Shown: positions 1-10,434 of the stretch, piece by piece
Position numbering within the stretch: position 1 is the stretch's first letter
How the letters are laid out: each line of letters opens with the position of its first letter
Assembly: GCA_947624265.1 (NCBI GenBank)
Contig: CANQJQ010000001.1
Span: 1 to 56,238, forward strand
Direction: 5' to 3'
DNA length: 56,238 nucleotides
DNA from: Candidatus Gastranaerophilales bacterium
Lineage (GTDB): Bacteria; Cyanobacteriota; Vampirovibrionia; Gastranaerophilales; Gastranaerophilaceae
Translations under genes and position numbers: made by a program
The notes under the pieces: generated by a model
The model's input: the letters and a program-made list of their open reading frames with translations, nothing else
What the model was told of the DNA's origin: nothing
Database searches by the model: none

Positions 1-688
<688 letters not shown>

Positions 689-736
689 CTATTAAAACAA
701 TAATTTTATTATACCTGATGGAGTCAAAATTGTATA

Positions 737-2059
737 TTATTTGTTTATTTTGTTAAACTTGTATCTGGCGCAAGATGCCTGAACGAACCCCATAACGCAT
801 AAAGATACTGCAAGTGCAAGCCAATACCCTCTTAAAGATAAATGATATTTACCCACAAGCAAAATTGCAGTCGGCATGCCAACAAACCAATATCCCGTCA
901 ATACAGCGGCAGATACAAATTTTGTCATTTTAAAACCTTTTAATATTCCGCCCGATACCACCTGAAAGCCGTCAAATACCTGATACATTGCAGCAATACT
1001 GACTAAAGGTATGGCTATATTTAATACTTCTTTATCAGAGGTAAAGAGTTTTATTAACTCTTCCGGGAATAAAGCAAGAATAATCCCTGCAAAAGCCATA
1101 AACCCTACTCCCATAATTAATCCCGCATAAGAATATTTTTTTATTTCACAAGGTTTATCCGCTCCGTAATAATATGATACTTTTACGGCAACGGCGGTAG
1201 AAACAGCCAAAGGCACCATAAAAGAAGCAGAGGATATCGTTACTAATATATTATGGACAGCTGCCAAGATGCCGGCTTCACGTCCTACCAATATTGTAAT
1301 AATATTAAATGCTAAAAATTCAAGTAAAAATGCCGCACCTATAGGAGAGCCAACTTTTACAAGCTGCTTCATATAAGGGAAATATATTGGAGATTTAAAA
1401 TTAATAAACCTGAAAACATATATCAGCATTACTACTCCCGTAAACATTCTGACAAGCAACGTAGCAATAGCCGCTCCTTTAACACCCATAGAAGGTATCT
1501 GTCCATAGCCGAATACAAAAACTATATCAAATATCAAATTTATTACTACGGTTATCAAAAGCAATATATTTGGGAAATTTACTATTTCATAAGCCTGCAA
1601 AAACTGTTTTATTCCGTCAAATAAATATAATCCCAAAATAGAGAAGGATACAATACTTATATACTGCTGAATGTATGGCACAAGCTCCTTTTCAAACCCC
1701 ATATAAGGAACAATATATTTTGTCATATAACATAAAACGGTAAATATACACCCTAAAAATACCGAAAATAAAAGGCTTGAGAGCAGGTATTTTTTTATAC
1801 CTTGTTTTGCTCCCCGCATATTTGACAGTATTATGGAAATAGCCGTAGTAATGCCCAGTCCGAAAAAGAAAATAGTGAACAATATTGAATTTGCAATACT
1901 TATAGCAGCCAGAGCATCAATACCGTACTTTGCAACAACAAGTATATCCGTTGCACCGATAAGAGTATAACCCAAATGCCCTATTAATATAGGGAAGGCA
2001 AGTATTAAAAGTTCGGCAAAGCAGGTTTTATAATTATTAATCAGCTGATTTATCGGCAT
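737..2059 (-). CDS. MATE/MOP-superfamily transporter (efflux pump or glycan flippase)
   Basis: 440-aa polytopic membrane protein with a MATE-like N-terminus (ELLILAFPILIGHLGYTLIGATDILVVAKYG). It overlaps the upstream radical SAM gene by 23 nt. Confidence 0.75.
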   Translation of the reverse strand: MPINQLINNYKTCFAELLILAFPILIGHLGYTLIGATDILVVAKYGIDALAAISIANSILFTIFFFGLGITTAISIILSNMRGAKQGIKKYLLSSLLFSVFLGCIFTVLCYMTKYIVPYMGFEKELVPYIQQYISIVSFSILGLYLFDGIKQFLQAYEIVNFPNILLLITVVINLIFDIVFVFGYGQIPSMGVKGAAIATLLVRMFTGVVMLIYVFRFINFKSPIYFPYMKQLVKVGSPIGAAFLLEFLAFNIITILVGREAGILAAVHNILVTISSASFMVPLAVSTAVAVKVSYYYGADKPCEIKKYSYAGLIMGVGFMAFAGIILALFPEELIKLFTSDKEVLNIAIPLVSIAAMYQVFDGFQVVSGGILKGFKMTKFVSAAVLTGYWFVGMPTAILLVGKYHLSLRGYWLALAVSLCVMGFVQASCARYKFNKINK

Positions 2060-3089
2060 TATCTCTCAATTTTATATATTCTTCTTTATGTATACGCATA
2101 TCATTTGCTCTATCATAAAACTCAACAAACTTCATATCAAGCTCTTTTGTTTTATTATCGGCATAATCTAATAATTCATATAAATAATCGGGAATATTAT
2201 ACTTATTATTTATATACCATCCGCCTTCAACATCAAGTACAACGCTCTTAATCCCTGCCTTTGAAGTATAATCAAAAAACTTATCAACTTCTTCTTTATT
2301 GTCATTAAATCCTGGGTATATAATATACTTTGTTTTAACCTTATACTTATTCTCCGTCTGAGCTTGAGCGTATTTTGCAAGATTTTCCCAAACTTTATTG
2401 AAATGATTAACTCTCTTAATATTTTCATAAGTTTCAGGGCATCCTGAATCTACCGAAACAACAAGAGTAAGCTTTCCTTCTCTGACTCCTCTTTCTATAG
2501 CTTGAGAATATTTAACTCCGGAAGAATGCACTCTGATATTATCGCACCCGCAGTCTAAAAGCATATTAATCATAGGTTCAAATTCGGGCAAAAGTGCGGG
2601 TTCTCCTCCGCCAAAGCCTATTTCTCCCCCGCCTCTTATTTTACCCATATCCGCCAATTTTTTTATAACGGGAAACATATTGTAATTCTTGCGGGTATTA
2701 AAGTAATCCGATTGCTCATTGGTAAAACAATACTTGCATTTACAGTTACATTGAGTCCAATGGTTAAAAACCATATAGTTTATATAATCTTCATCATCCC
2801 ATTCTCGTTCTTTTAAGAAAAAACAACCCTTACAACGTTCAAGAGTTATACCTTTTTTATTCATTTCACGCATTTTGCGTTTTTCTTTAAAAAACTTATT
2901 CCAATCAATCATTTCACCTTTATAGTTATCAATAAGGATTTGTCTGCCTCCGCCTTCGTGGCAGTTAAAACAGCACATTTTTATATCTTCATAGTCAACA
3001 TTAAACCCGTGCTGAATATACTCGCAGCTTAAATATTTTAAAGGTTTCTTTTCCTGTTTATGAAATAAGGATTTTAATTTATTAAACAT
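2037..3089 (-). CDS. radical SAM protein with Cys-rich N-terminal extension
   Basis: CX3CX2C motif (CNCKCKYC) followed by a GGGEP-type SAM-binding motif (GFGGGEPALL). About 110 aa before the core carry CCFNCH and CKGC motifs. Confidence 0.75.
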   Translation of the reverse strand: MFNKLKSLFHKQEKKPLKYLSCEYIQHGFNVDYEDIKMCCFNCHEGGGRQILIDNYKGEMIDWNKFFKEKRKMREMNKKGITLERCKGCFFLKEREWDDEDYINYMVFNHWTQCNCKCKYCFTNEQSDYFNTRKNYNMFPVIKKLADMGKIRGGGEIGFGGGEPALLPEFEPMINMLLDCGCDNIRVHSSGVKYSQAIERGVREGKLTLVVSVDSGCPETYENIKRVNHFNKVWENLAKYAQAQTENKYKVKTKYIIYPGFNDNKEEVDKFFDYTSKAGIKSVVLDVEGGWYINNKYNIPDYLYELLDYADNKTKELDMKFVEFYDRANDMRIHKEEYIKLRDNADKSAD

Positions 3090-3141
3090 ATATTTCTTTC
3101 CGCTTGTTTGAATTATTTATAAGTATAATATATAAAAATAT

Positions 3142-4005
3142 TTAAGTAACTAAAATATATTTTATGACTTCCGAAATCATTTTAGGATGAGAAAAAAATC
3201 TTATTGATAAAACCGCTAAAAATATCAATTTAACAGGTGAAAATTTTGTCAATTTATAACATTTTTTAAAATACAAATACTCACTTTTGTAAGACTCAAG
3301 TCTCATTGTTTTTTTATTACTTGATTTTCCTTCCAGATGCATTATTTCTGCCTGCGGAACAACATAAATTTTATAACCCGCTTTTTTTATCCTGTATTGT
3401 AATTCCGTTTCTTCATAATACAAAAAGAAATCTTCATCAAAAGCACCTGTTTTGTCAATTACATCACGTCTGAGTATCAAATCGGCACCTGAAATATAGC
3501 CAACCTCACTAACATCTTGAGGGTTTTTGGAAATTGTTTCTTTTTTCTTACGCCCTTCAAAAAAATTACATATTGTCGAGGCATATTTAATTTTATCTTT
3601 AAGTTCGGGAAGTTTGCCAAAAGACTTGGCAATATTATTACTTGCATCATATAACAAGCCGCCTGATGCCCCTATGTGAGGATTTTGCTCCATAAAATCA
3701 TATAAAATTTTAACGGCGTTATTTCTTAATATTGTGTCTGAATTCAGTAACAATATATATTTAGAGTCCGAATTCTTTATACCTTCATTATTAGCTCTGC
3801 CAAAACCGATATTTTCTTTATTTTCTATTACTTTTACAGATGGAAAAAGTTTCTTAATTTCTTCAACACTGCCGTCTTTCGAATTATTATCAACAACTAT
3901 AATTTCAAAATCAATGTCTTTTGTTTTTTCATAAATCGAATTAATACAATTAACTGTATCTTGTTTTGTGTTATAACTTACTATAATTATTGATAAATCA
4001 GCCAT
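3142..4005 (-). CDS. family 2 glycosyltransferase
   Basis: N-terminal LSIIIVSYNTKQDT...IVVDNNSKDGS...LLLNSDT, the typical GT2 (GT-A fold) pattern. Confidence 0.85.
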   Translation of the reverse strand: MADLSIIIVSYNTKQDTVNCINSIYEKTKDIDFEIIVVDNNSKDGSVEEIKKLFPSVKVIENKENIGFGRANNEGIKNSDSKYILLLNSDTILRNNAVKILYDFMEQNPHIGASGGLLYDASNNIAKSFGKLPELKDKIKYASTICNFFEGRKKKETISKNPQDVSEVGYISGADLILRRDVIDKTGAFDEDFFLYYEETELQYRIKKAGYKIYVVPQAEIMHLEGKSSNKKTMRLESYKSEYLYFKKCYKLTKFSPVKLIFLAVLSIRFFSHPKMISEVIKYILVT

Positions 4006-4017
4006 TTTTCTCTCAAT

Positions 4018-5097
4018 CTAATTATCAAACAATTTTATCATACTCTCCGTAAAATTTTCCAAAGTATCATCTTTTACCGTTTCATAAGCATTTTCAGAGA
4101 TTTGCTTATATTCATTTTCGGATAAATTTACAGCGTTAATAATTGCTTGTGCCAAATTATCGGAAGCTTTTTTGTCGTCCATATTAAAAATAAACCCGTT
4201 TTTTCCGTTTTCTATAAGTTCACAAGCCCCGCATCTTGAACTTACAATTACGGGTACTTTTCTTGCCATAGCTTCAACAATTACCATCCCGAATGTTTCT
4301 ACCAAGGATGGTGCGAGGATAAAAGATAACGAGTCATAAAAATTTTTCATATCCTCAGTAAACCCGATAAATTTAATGTATTTATCAAGTCCATATAAAG
4401 TTATCAGCAATTTAATATATAAATTTGATTTTCTATGTATAATAATAACCTTAAAATTCTTATTTTTAATTTTGAATTTTTGTAAAGCCTTTAATAAAAC
4501 AAAACCGCCTTTAGTTTCAAACCCCAAGGCAGACATACCAAAAGTACATTGTTCCTGTTTGATTTTACCGTCTTTCATTTCCTCAAAATTTAATATGGGA
4601 GGATGTATTATATGGATTTTTTCTTCGGGGACATTATAATTTTGCATAATATCTTTTTTAAGAATATCAGATGAAACAACTATTTTTTTTGTATTAGAAA
4701 GATTATTTTTTCTTCTCTTATCTTGTTCGGCTCTTTTGAGATAATGCTTTCTGTTAAAAATCTTGTACAAAAACCCGTTTTTCTTCATGCACTTCAATCT
4801 GTAAACATTTGAATGGTCGTGAAGATAGGTTATATCTGATGGAATAACAGCTTTTTCCGAGATAACCAAGTCATAATTTGAACGTTTTTCTTCAGTAAAT
4901 TCTTCAATTGAATATATATTCTTAAAAGTTCCGTTTAAACATTTTTTATTTTTACAATAAATATCTGTTTGATATCCTCTTTTTTTAAGCTCTTTAAGAA
5001 AAAACGTATTTAGCTTTACTCCTCCTGAAGCAAATTGTTCTTCCATATATTCTTCGGCAATAAAAGCTATTTTGTTTTTGTTTGATTCTTTTTGCAT
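4018..5097 (-). CDS. family 4 (GT-B, Glycos_transf_1) glycosyltransferase
   Basis: C-terminal ETFGMVIVEAMARKVPVIVSSRCGACELIENGKNGFIF, the EX7E retaining GT-B signature. Confidence 0.85.
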   Translation of the reverse strand: MQKESNKNKIAFIAEEYMEEQFASGGVKLNTFFLKELKKRGYQTDIYCKNKKCLNGTFKNIYSIEEFTEEKRSNYDLVISEKAVIPSDITYLHDHSNVYRLKCMKKNGFLYKIFNRKHYLKRAEQDKRRKNNLSNTKKIVVSSDILKKDIMQNYNVPEEKIHIIHPPILNFEEMKDGKIKQEQCTFGMSALGFETKGGFVLLKALQKFKIKNKNFKVIIIHRKSNLYIKLLITLYGLDKYIKFIGFTEDMKNFYDSLSFILAPSLVETFGMVIVEAMARKVPVIVSSRCGACELIENGKNGFIFNMDDKKASDNLAQAIINAVNLSENEYKQISENAYETVKDDTLENFTESMIKLFDN

Positions 5098-5110
5098 TAT
5101 CGTCTTACCG

Positions 5111-6355
5111 TTATTGAAAATAAAACCCGTCTTCTTTTAAACGTTTTATAACTTCATGCATTTGATCTTCAGAAGCCACAATAGACATTCTGAACCAGCC
5201 TTCGCCGTTGTTGCCGAAGCCGTTACCGGGAACCAGTACAACCCCTGAGGTTTTTAAAACATCATCAGTAAATTCTTTTGAAGTTTTATATTTAGGAGGG
5301 ATTGGAAGCCATAAGTAGAAAGTAGCTTTTGGCGGATTTATTTTATCCATCGGCCAGCCAAGGTCTTTAAAACCTTCTACTACAACTTTTTGCTTTCTTT
5401 CAAATCTTTTGTTTGCTTCAACAATATACTCATCTCCTTCTTTAGAGTTCAATATATCAGAAGCAGCTTTTTGAATTGGTTTATATATCCCGGTATCAAT
5501 TGTGGATTTAAGCTTGCCCAATATACCGACAGCATCAGGATTACCGCAAACCCAGCCTATTCTCCACCCTGTCATAGAATAGGGTTTTGAAAAACTGAAA
5601 AATTCAACCGCAACATCTTTAGCGCCTTCAATCTCAAATACGCTGTGAGCCTTTGGAGCGCCTTCAAAGGTTAAATCTATATATGCGGCATCGGAAATCA
5701 ACAGAATATGATGTTTTCTGCAGAAATCTACCGCTTTTTGTAAATATTCTTTCGTACATATTGCACCCAAGGGGTTATTAGGATAGTTTATAACTAAAGC
5801 CTTAACCTTATTTTTATCAAATCCGTCTTTTTCAAGATTATTCATAGTTTCCTCTACGTCGGGCATATAGTTATTTTCGGGAGTTAAAGGAATACCGTAG
5901 CCTAAACCTCCTGAAACTTTTACCATCTCTTTATATGAAGCATACCCGGGGTCAGGGATTAAAACAATATCTCTGTCTTTTATATCTGTTTTAGGGTTAA
6001 TTAAAGCTCTTATTAAGTTTGCAATACCTTCTTTTGAACCAATCAGAGCGCATATTTCTGATTTTGTATCAAAATCTACGCCTGTACGTTTTTTCATATT
6101 TTTGGCTATTGCTTCAAGTAAATATGTTTCACCTTTAACCAAAGTATATGTATGCATACCGTCAGTTTTTGCATATTCAATTATTTTATCCGTAACCAAT
6201 TGCGGAGGTTTTTCAACGGGCGCCCCCATGGCTAATGATATAGGCGCTCTGCCTTTTGCTGTCAATTCGGGAGCCAATTTGGCTGTATCCATTTTAATTT
6301 GTATCATTATATATGTTTCTAAGGACTGTACGTAATCATTAAATAATTCTTTCAT
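5111..6355 (-). CDS. class I/II PLP-dependent aminotransferase
   Basis: 414 aa with VINYPNNPLG and the PLP-lysine motif SFSKPYSMTGWRIGW. Substrate not assignable from sequence alone. Confidence 0.8.
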   Translation of the reverse strand: MKELFNDYVQSLETYIMIQIKMDTAKLAPELTAKGRAPISLAMGAPVEKPPQLVTDKIIEYAKTDGMHTYTLVKGETYLLEAIAKNMKKRTGVDFDTKSEICALIGSKEGIANLIRALINPKTDIKDRDIVLIPDPGYASYKEMVKVSGGLGYGIPLTPENNYMPDVEETMNNLEKDGFDKNKVKALVINYPNNPLGAICTKEYLQKAVDFCRKHHILLISDAAYIDLTFEGAPKAHSVFEIEGAKDVAVEFFSFSKPYSMTGWRIGWVCGNPDAVGILGKLKSTIDTGIYKPIQKAASDILNSKEGDEYIVEANKRFERKQKVVVEGFKDLGWPMDKINPPKATFYLWLPIPPKYKTSKEFTDDVLKTSGVVLVPGNGFGNNGEGWFRMSIVASEDQMHEVIKRLKEDGFYFQ

Positions 6356-6372
6356 ATTCTTTTCTCCACCTG

Positions 6373-7173
6373 TTATTTTGTTTCAGCCTGCCACGCCCAC
6401 GCGTTGTGGTTGTGGATACTTTCTTGAGCTTCAACTTCTACCTCATAGAAAGTAATTTTATCATCTTCTTTTAAAAGCCCGATTACATCACGAAGCACAT
6501 CTTCCACGAACTTCGGATTTTCATACGCGGTTTCCGTTACGTATTTTTCATCACACCTTTTTAATATTGAATATACCTGACTTGAACCGCAGCTTTCAAC
6601 TTTTTCAATCAAGTCTTCAAGCCAAATTATATCATCTTCTTTATAACTTACTTTTACTTTAACCATAGTTCTTTGGTTGTGTGCGGAATACTTGGAAATT
6701 TCCTTAGAACAAGGACATAACGTAGTTATAGGTACTTTTACCCCCAGGATAAATTTATAATCATCCCCGTCTAAATCACCTTGAAATGAGCAGTCATAAC
6801 CAACGGGAAATTCCATCTCGCTGACGGGCGCTTTTTTATTTACAAAATATTTAAACTCAAATTTTACGTGAGCACATTTTGATTCAAGTTTATTTTTTAC
6901 ATCATATAAAAGCCCTTTTATATCAACACCCAAAAGATTTTTTCTTGAATAATCGCTTAAAACCTCTATAAATCTTGACATATGAGTACCTCTGTAATTA
7001 TGAGGCAAAGTAACACTCAATCTTGCTTTAGCTGACACTACTTGGCTATCAGCATTTTTACGTTCGATTAAAAGAGGTACTTCCACGCCGTTTACTCCGA
7101 CTTTTTGAATATCTATACCTCTTTTATCAGTTTGATTTTGTATGTCTTTAAGAGTTGTATTCATTTTCCTCAA
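6373..7173 (-). CDS. folE2: GTP cyclohydrolase I type 2 (FolE2/MptA family)
   Basis: 266 aa with DIQNQTDKRGIDIQKVGV, LCPCSKEIS...AHNQR, and a length typical of FolE2. Confidence 0.85.
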   Translation of the reverse strand: MRKMNTTLKDIQNQTDKRGIDIQKVGVNGVEVPLLIERKNADSQVVSAKARLSVTLPHNYRGTHMSRFIEVLSDYSRKNLLGVDIKGLLYDVKNKLESKCAHVKFEFKYFVNKKAPVSEMEFPVGYDCSFQGDLDGDDYKFILGVKVPITTLCPCSKEISKYSAHNQRTMVKVKVSYKEDDIIWLEDLIEKVESCGSSQVYSILKRCDEKYVTETAYENPKFVEDVLRDVIGLLKEDDKITFYEVEVEAQESIHNHNAWAWQAETK

Positions 7174-7498
7174 TTTCTAAAGAGCTCATATCGTTATTTT
7201 CCATTGCAAGTAAAAGCTTTAAGGCTGCCACTCTTTGCGTTTTAGCAGGTGCGGCTCTAAGTAATTCAATTGCTTTTAACATAACAGGATCCGCATCATA
7301 CCAACGATTACCCTTACCGGAAAACTCTTTTGTTATAGCATAAATACGTTCTATAACATCTTGTGCAACTTGCTCCTGCAACGAAATAATAAAATCGGCA
7401 GCAACGGTTTTTTTATCCTCTGTCTGCAATTTTAACAGTTCCAAAGCTTCTTTTAATATAGGGTCATTATCATACCATCTTCTGAATTTTTCGGGCAT
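7148..7498 (-). CDS. small hypothetical protein with an internal duplicated RWYDxDP-helix motif
   Basis: Two copies of the motif: RRWYDNDPILKEALELLK and NRWYDADPVMLKAIELLR. Overlaps the folE2 start by 26 nt on the ORF-track start (17 nt if folE2 begins at the alternative ATG at 7164). Confidence 0.6.
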   Translation of the reverse strand: MPEKFRRWYDNDPILKEALELLKLQTEDKKTVAADFIISLQEQVAQDVIERIYAITKEFSGKGNRWYDADPVMLKAIELLRAAPAKTQRVAALKLLLAMENNDMSSLEIEENEYNS

Positions 7499-7507
7499 GT
7501 CTTCTCC

Positions 7508-8128
7508 TTATTTTTCTTCAATCAAGTTTATTATAATATTTTTTGTATCTTCAAAAACAGTTTCTATTGAATTATTTGCATTTATTAACTTAATTCTTTC
7601 GGGGTTTTCTTTTTGAAGTTCCAAGTAGCCGTTTCTCACTTTTTTATGGAATTCAAGTCCTATAGCTTCCATCCTGTCTTTTTCATTACCGACTCTTTGC
7701 TGGGCAACCTCTGTTGATACATCAAAAAGCAAGGTTAAATCGGGAGTTAAATTATTTACGGCAAGCTTATTTAAGTCTTTAAGCAATTTAACATCCTGCC
7801 CTCTTCCATAACCTTGGTAAGCAACCGTTGAATCCGTATGGCGGTCGCATAACACTATTTTGCCTTGCTCTATATTAGGTTTTATAAAAGTTTCCACGTG
7901 CTGTGCTCTATCTGCCAAGAATAAGAATAATTCGCACCTGTCTGCAACAACACCATCATAATGGAGTAGAATTTCTCTTATTTTTTTACCCAAATCAAGT
8001 GCCCCGGGTTCTCTTGTAACAACAACTTCAAAGCCTTTTTCTTCCAAAAAGTTTTTGATTAGGTTTAATTGGGTGGTTTTGCCCGAACCATCAGCACCTT
8101 CAAAAGTAATAAATAAGCCTTTATTCAT
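7508..8128 (-). CDS. tmk: thymidylate kinase
   Basis: GLFITFEGADGSGKTTQ P-loop. I moved the start to the ATG at 8128 (MNKGLF...), because the longer track ORF would overlap the serS 3' end and the serS stop lies at 8130..8132. Confidence 0.9.
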   Translation of the reverse strand: MNKGLFITFEGADGSGKTTQLNLIKNFLEEKGFEVVVTREPGALDLGKKIREILLHYDGVVADRCELFLFLADRAQHVETFIKPNIEQGKIVLCDRHTDSTVAYQGYGRGQDVKLLKDLNKLAVNNLTPDLTLLFDVSTEVAQQRVGNEKDRMEAIGLEFHKKVRNGYLELQKENPERIKLINANNSIETVFEDTKNIIINLIEEK

Positions 8129-8129
8129 A

Positions 8130-9395
8130 TTATAAAATATCCCAGCCAGTATATTTTCTAAGAACTTTAGGTATAGTAACCGAGCCGTCTTCATTTTGGA
8201 AGTTTTCCAAAATAGCAGCAAAAGTTCTTCCGACAGCAAGCCCTGAACCGTTTAGTGTATGAACAAAAACAGGTTTTCCTGTTTCCTTGCTTCTGTATCT
8301 TATATTTGCTCTTCTTGCCTGAAAATCTCCGAAGTTTGAACAACTTGAAATTTCTTTGTATGTTCCGTAAGAAGGAAGCCAAACTTCAAGATCATAGCAT
8401 TTTCTAGCAGAAAATCCGATATCTCCGGTAGAAAGAGCGACACGTCTATATGGAAGTTCAAGAAGTTCAAGAACTCTTTCCGCATTTCTTGTCAGTTTTT
8501 CATGTTCTTCAACGCTGGTTTCAGGAGTAGTAAGTTTAACAAGTTCAACTTTATTAAACTGGTGCTGGCGGATTAAACCTCTTGTATCCTTACCGGCAGA
8601 ACCTGCTTCGCGCCTGAAACATGGGGTATATGCCGTCATATATTTCGGTAAATCTTCTTCGTTTAATATTTCGCCCGAATATATATTTGTAACGGGAACT
8701 TCAGCTGTCGGAATTAAATATAAATCTTCATCAACACATTTATACATATCCTGAGCAAATTTAGGCAATTGTCCCGTTCCTGTCATAGCTGCAGCATTAA
8801 CCATAACGGGAGGCAGAATTTCCTCATATCCGTGTTCTTGAGTATGTGTATCCAAGAAAAAGTTTATAATTGCACGTTCTAACTGAGCGCCTTTACCTCT
8901 ATACAATGAAAATCTTGATTGTGCAAGTTTTACCCCGCGTTCAAAATCAACTATATCTTTATCCGTACATATATCCCAATGTGCTTTTTGTTCAAAATTA
9001 ACTTTACGAGGTTCTCCTACTCTTTTAATTTCAACATTATCCGCGTCAGATAAGCCTATTGGGGTAGTTTCATCAGGAATATTTGGTGTAGAAAGAAGTA
9101 AATTTCTTTGATCTAAATCAAGCTGTTGTTCTTGTTCTTCAAGCGCTTTTATTTCTTCACCCATTTCTTTAACTTGGGCTTGTATTTCATCGGTATTTTG
9201 ACCTTGTTTTTTCATCATACCGATTTCCTGCGACATATTTTTACGCTTTGCTCTTAATTCATCCGCTTTTGCCTGAACTTTTCTTCTTTTTGCATCAATT
9301 TCCAAAATTCCGTCAATGGAAAGCTCCGGATTTCTTCTTTTTAACAATTCGTTAACTTTTTCGGGATTCTCCCTAATCATTCTTATATCTAACAT
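8130..9395 (-). CDS. serS: seryl-tRNA synthetase
   Basis: 421 aa with an N-terminal coiled-coil arm and class II motifs ([31 protein letters not shown]). Confidence 0.95.
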   Translation of the reverse strand: MLDIRMIRENPEKVNELLKRRNPELSIDGILEIDAKRRKVQAKADELRAKRKNMSQEIGMMKKQGQNTDEIQAQVKEMGEEIKALEEQEQQLDLDQRNLLLSTPNIPDETTPIGLSDADNVEIKRVGEPRKVNFEQKAHWDICTDKDIVDFERGVKLAQSRFSLYRGKGAQLERAIINFFLDTHTQEHGYEEILPPVMVNAAAMTGTGQLPKFAQDMYKCVDEDLYLIPTAEVPVTNIYSGEILNEEDLPKYMTAYTPCFRREAGSAGKDTRGLIRQHQFNKVELVKLTTPETSVEEHEKLTRNAERVLELLELPYRRVALSTGDIGFSARKCYDLEVWLPSYGTYKEISSCSNFGDFQARRANIRYRSKETGKPVFVHTLNGSGLAVGRTFAAILENFQNEDGSVTIPKVLRKYTGWDIL

Positions 9396-9486
9396 AATTT
9401 ACACCTCGTATTCCGTTAAATATTTTATTAAAAAAATATTTAAAATAAAAGCAAATTTTTTGCTATAATAAATCTTGGGTAAATTT

Positions 9487-10434
9487 ATGTCTGAAAAGAA
9501 GTATAAAAAAAGAATTTTATTTATAGGCATGCCTGATATGGCAATAGTTTGTCTGCAAAAACTTGTAACTAACGGAATAAATATTGTAGGGGTAATTCCT
9601 CCGAGTAAAGATGACCCTACAAATAAATTAATGGTCGAAACAGCACAAGCACTCGGGGTAGAGGTTATAGACTATAATATAAGCCTTAGTGATAAAGGAT
9701 TTCTGCAAAGAATAAAAAATCTTGAAGCAGACCTTGGAGTTGTTGCTTCTTTTAACAAAAAATTGCCAAAAGAATTACTCAGGCTCACAAAAGATGGTTT
9801 TATTAACTTGCATCCGTCTAAGTTACCGGATTACAGAGGAGCTAACCCGTATTCTCACGTTATTATTAACGGAGAAGAAGAATCAGCCATAACTCTTCAC
9901 TATATGGATGAAAATTTTGATACGGGAGATATAATTTCTCAATACAGGTTTAGTATTGACCTTAATGAAACAATGGGAACGCTTTTTTACAGAGCAAATC
10001 AAATGTGCGCATCCATGTTATATGAAGCTTTGGATTACTATGAAACTCATGAATTTCCAAGGAATCCTCAGCCTAAAACCAATGACTTTAAAAGAGCAGA
10101 AACACTTTCTTATAAAAAAAGAAATATATTTATCGACTGGAATAAATCTGCCGAAGAAATTGAAAGGTTTATCAGGGGTTTAAATCCTTTTATCGGTGCT
10201 CTGACCATCTATAAAGGAACTATTTTAAGAGTTAATTCGGCTTACGTTATATCAAAACATCATAATCTCACCCCCGGTACAATTTGTGATACAAAAAACT
10301 CATTAAAGATTGCCTGCGGTAAGGATATTCTTGAAATAGATTCACTGCAATACGGTGCATTCTTTATTTCATCGGGCAGAGATTTTGTTGAAAGAGTAAA
10401 TCCAAAAAAAGGAGAAATTTTAAAAAGTGAATAA
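9487..10434 (+). CDS. formyltransferase, Fmt/ArnA-like paralog
   Basis: ILFIGMPDMAI...INLHPSKLPDYRGANP...NFDTGDII keeps the N/H/D catalytic pattern of the formyl_trans_N family and has an Fmt-like C-terminal domain. I prefer the ATG at 9487 over the TTG at 9475. A canonical fmt is also present at 31860. Confidence 0.75.
   Translation: MSEKKYKKRILFIGMPDMAIVCLQKLVTNGINIVGVIPPSKDDPTNKLMVETAQALGVEVIDYNISLSDKGFLQRIKNLEADLGVVASFNKKLPKELLRLTKDGFINLHPSKLPDYRGANPYSHVIINGEEESAITLHYMDENFDTGDIISQYRFSIDLNETMGTLFYRANQMCASMLYEALDYYETHEFPRNPQPKTNDFKRAETLSYKKRNIFIDWNKSAEEIERFIRGLNPFIGALTIYKGTILRVNSAYVISKHHNLTPGTICDTKNSLKIACGKDILEIDSLQYGAFFISSGRDFVERVNPKKGEILKSE

Noticed and set aside
2050-2057. Other GCCGATA(A/T) octamers inside coding regions, at 2050-2057 and 50357-50364 (minus strand) and 13561-13568 and 19743-19750 (plus strand).
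   Set aside because: None has a TAAAG-like element at the required 11-nt spacing. All are explained by codons, for example ATG CCG ATA AAT at the MATE gene start and ATT GCC GAT AAA in rpoC2.
8129-8239. N-terminal extension of the tmk ORF ([12 protein letters not shown]...), which overlaps serS by 110 nt.
   Set aside because: The extension precedes the P-loop by 37 non-conserved residues. An ATG at 8128 sits one nucleotide after the serS stop and gives the canonical MNKGLFITFEGxDGSGKTT start.
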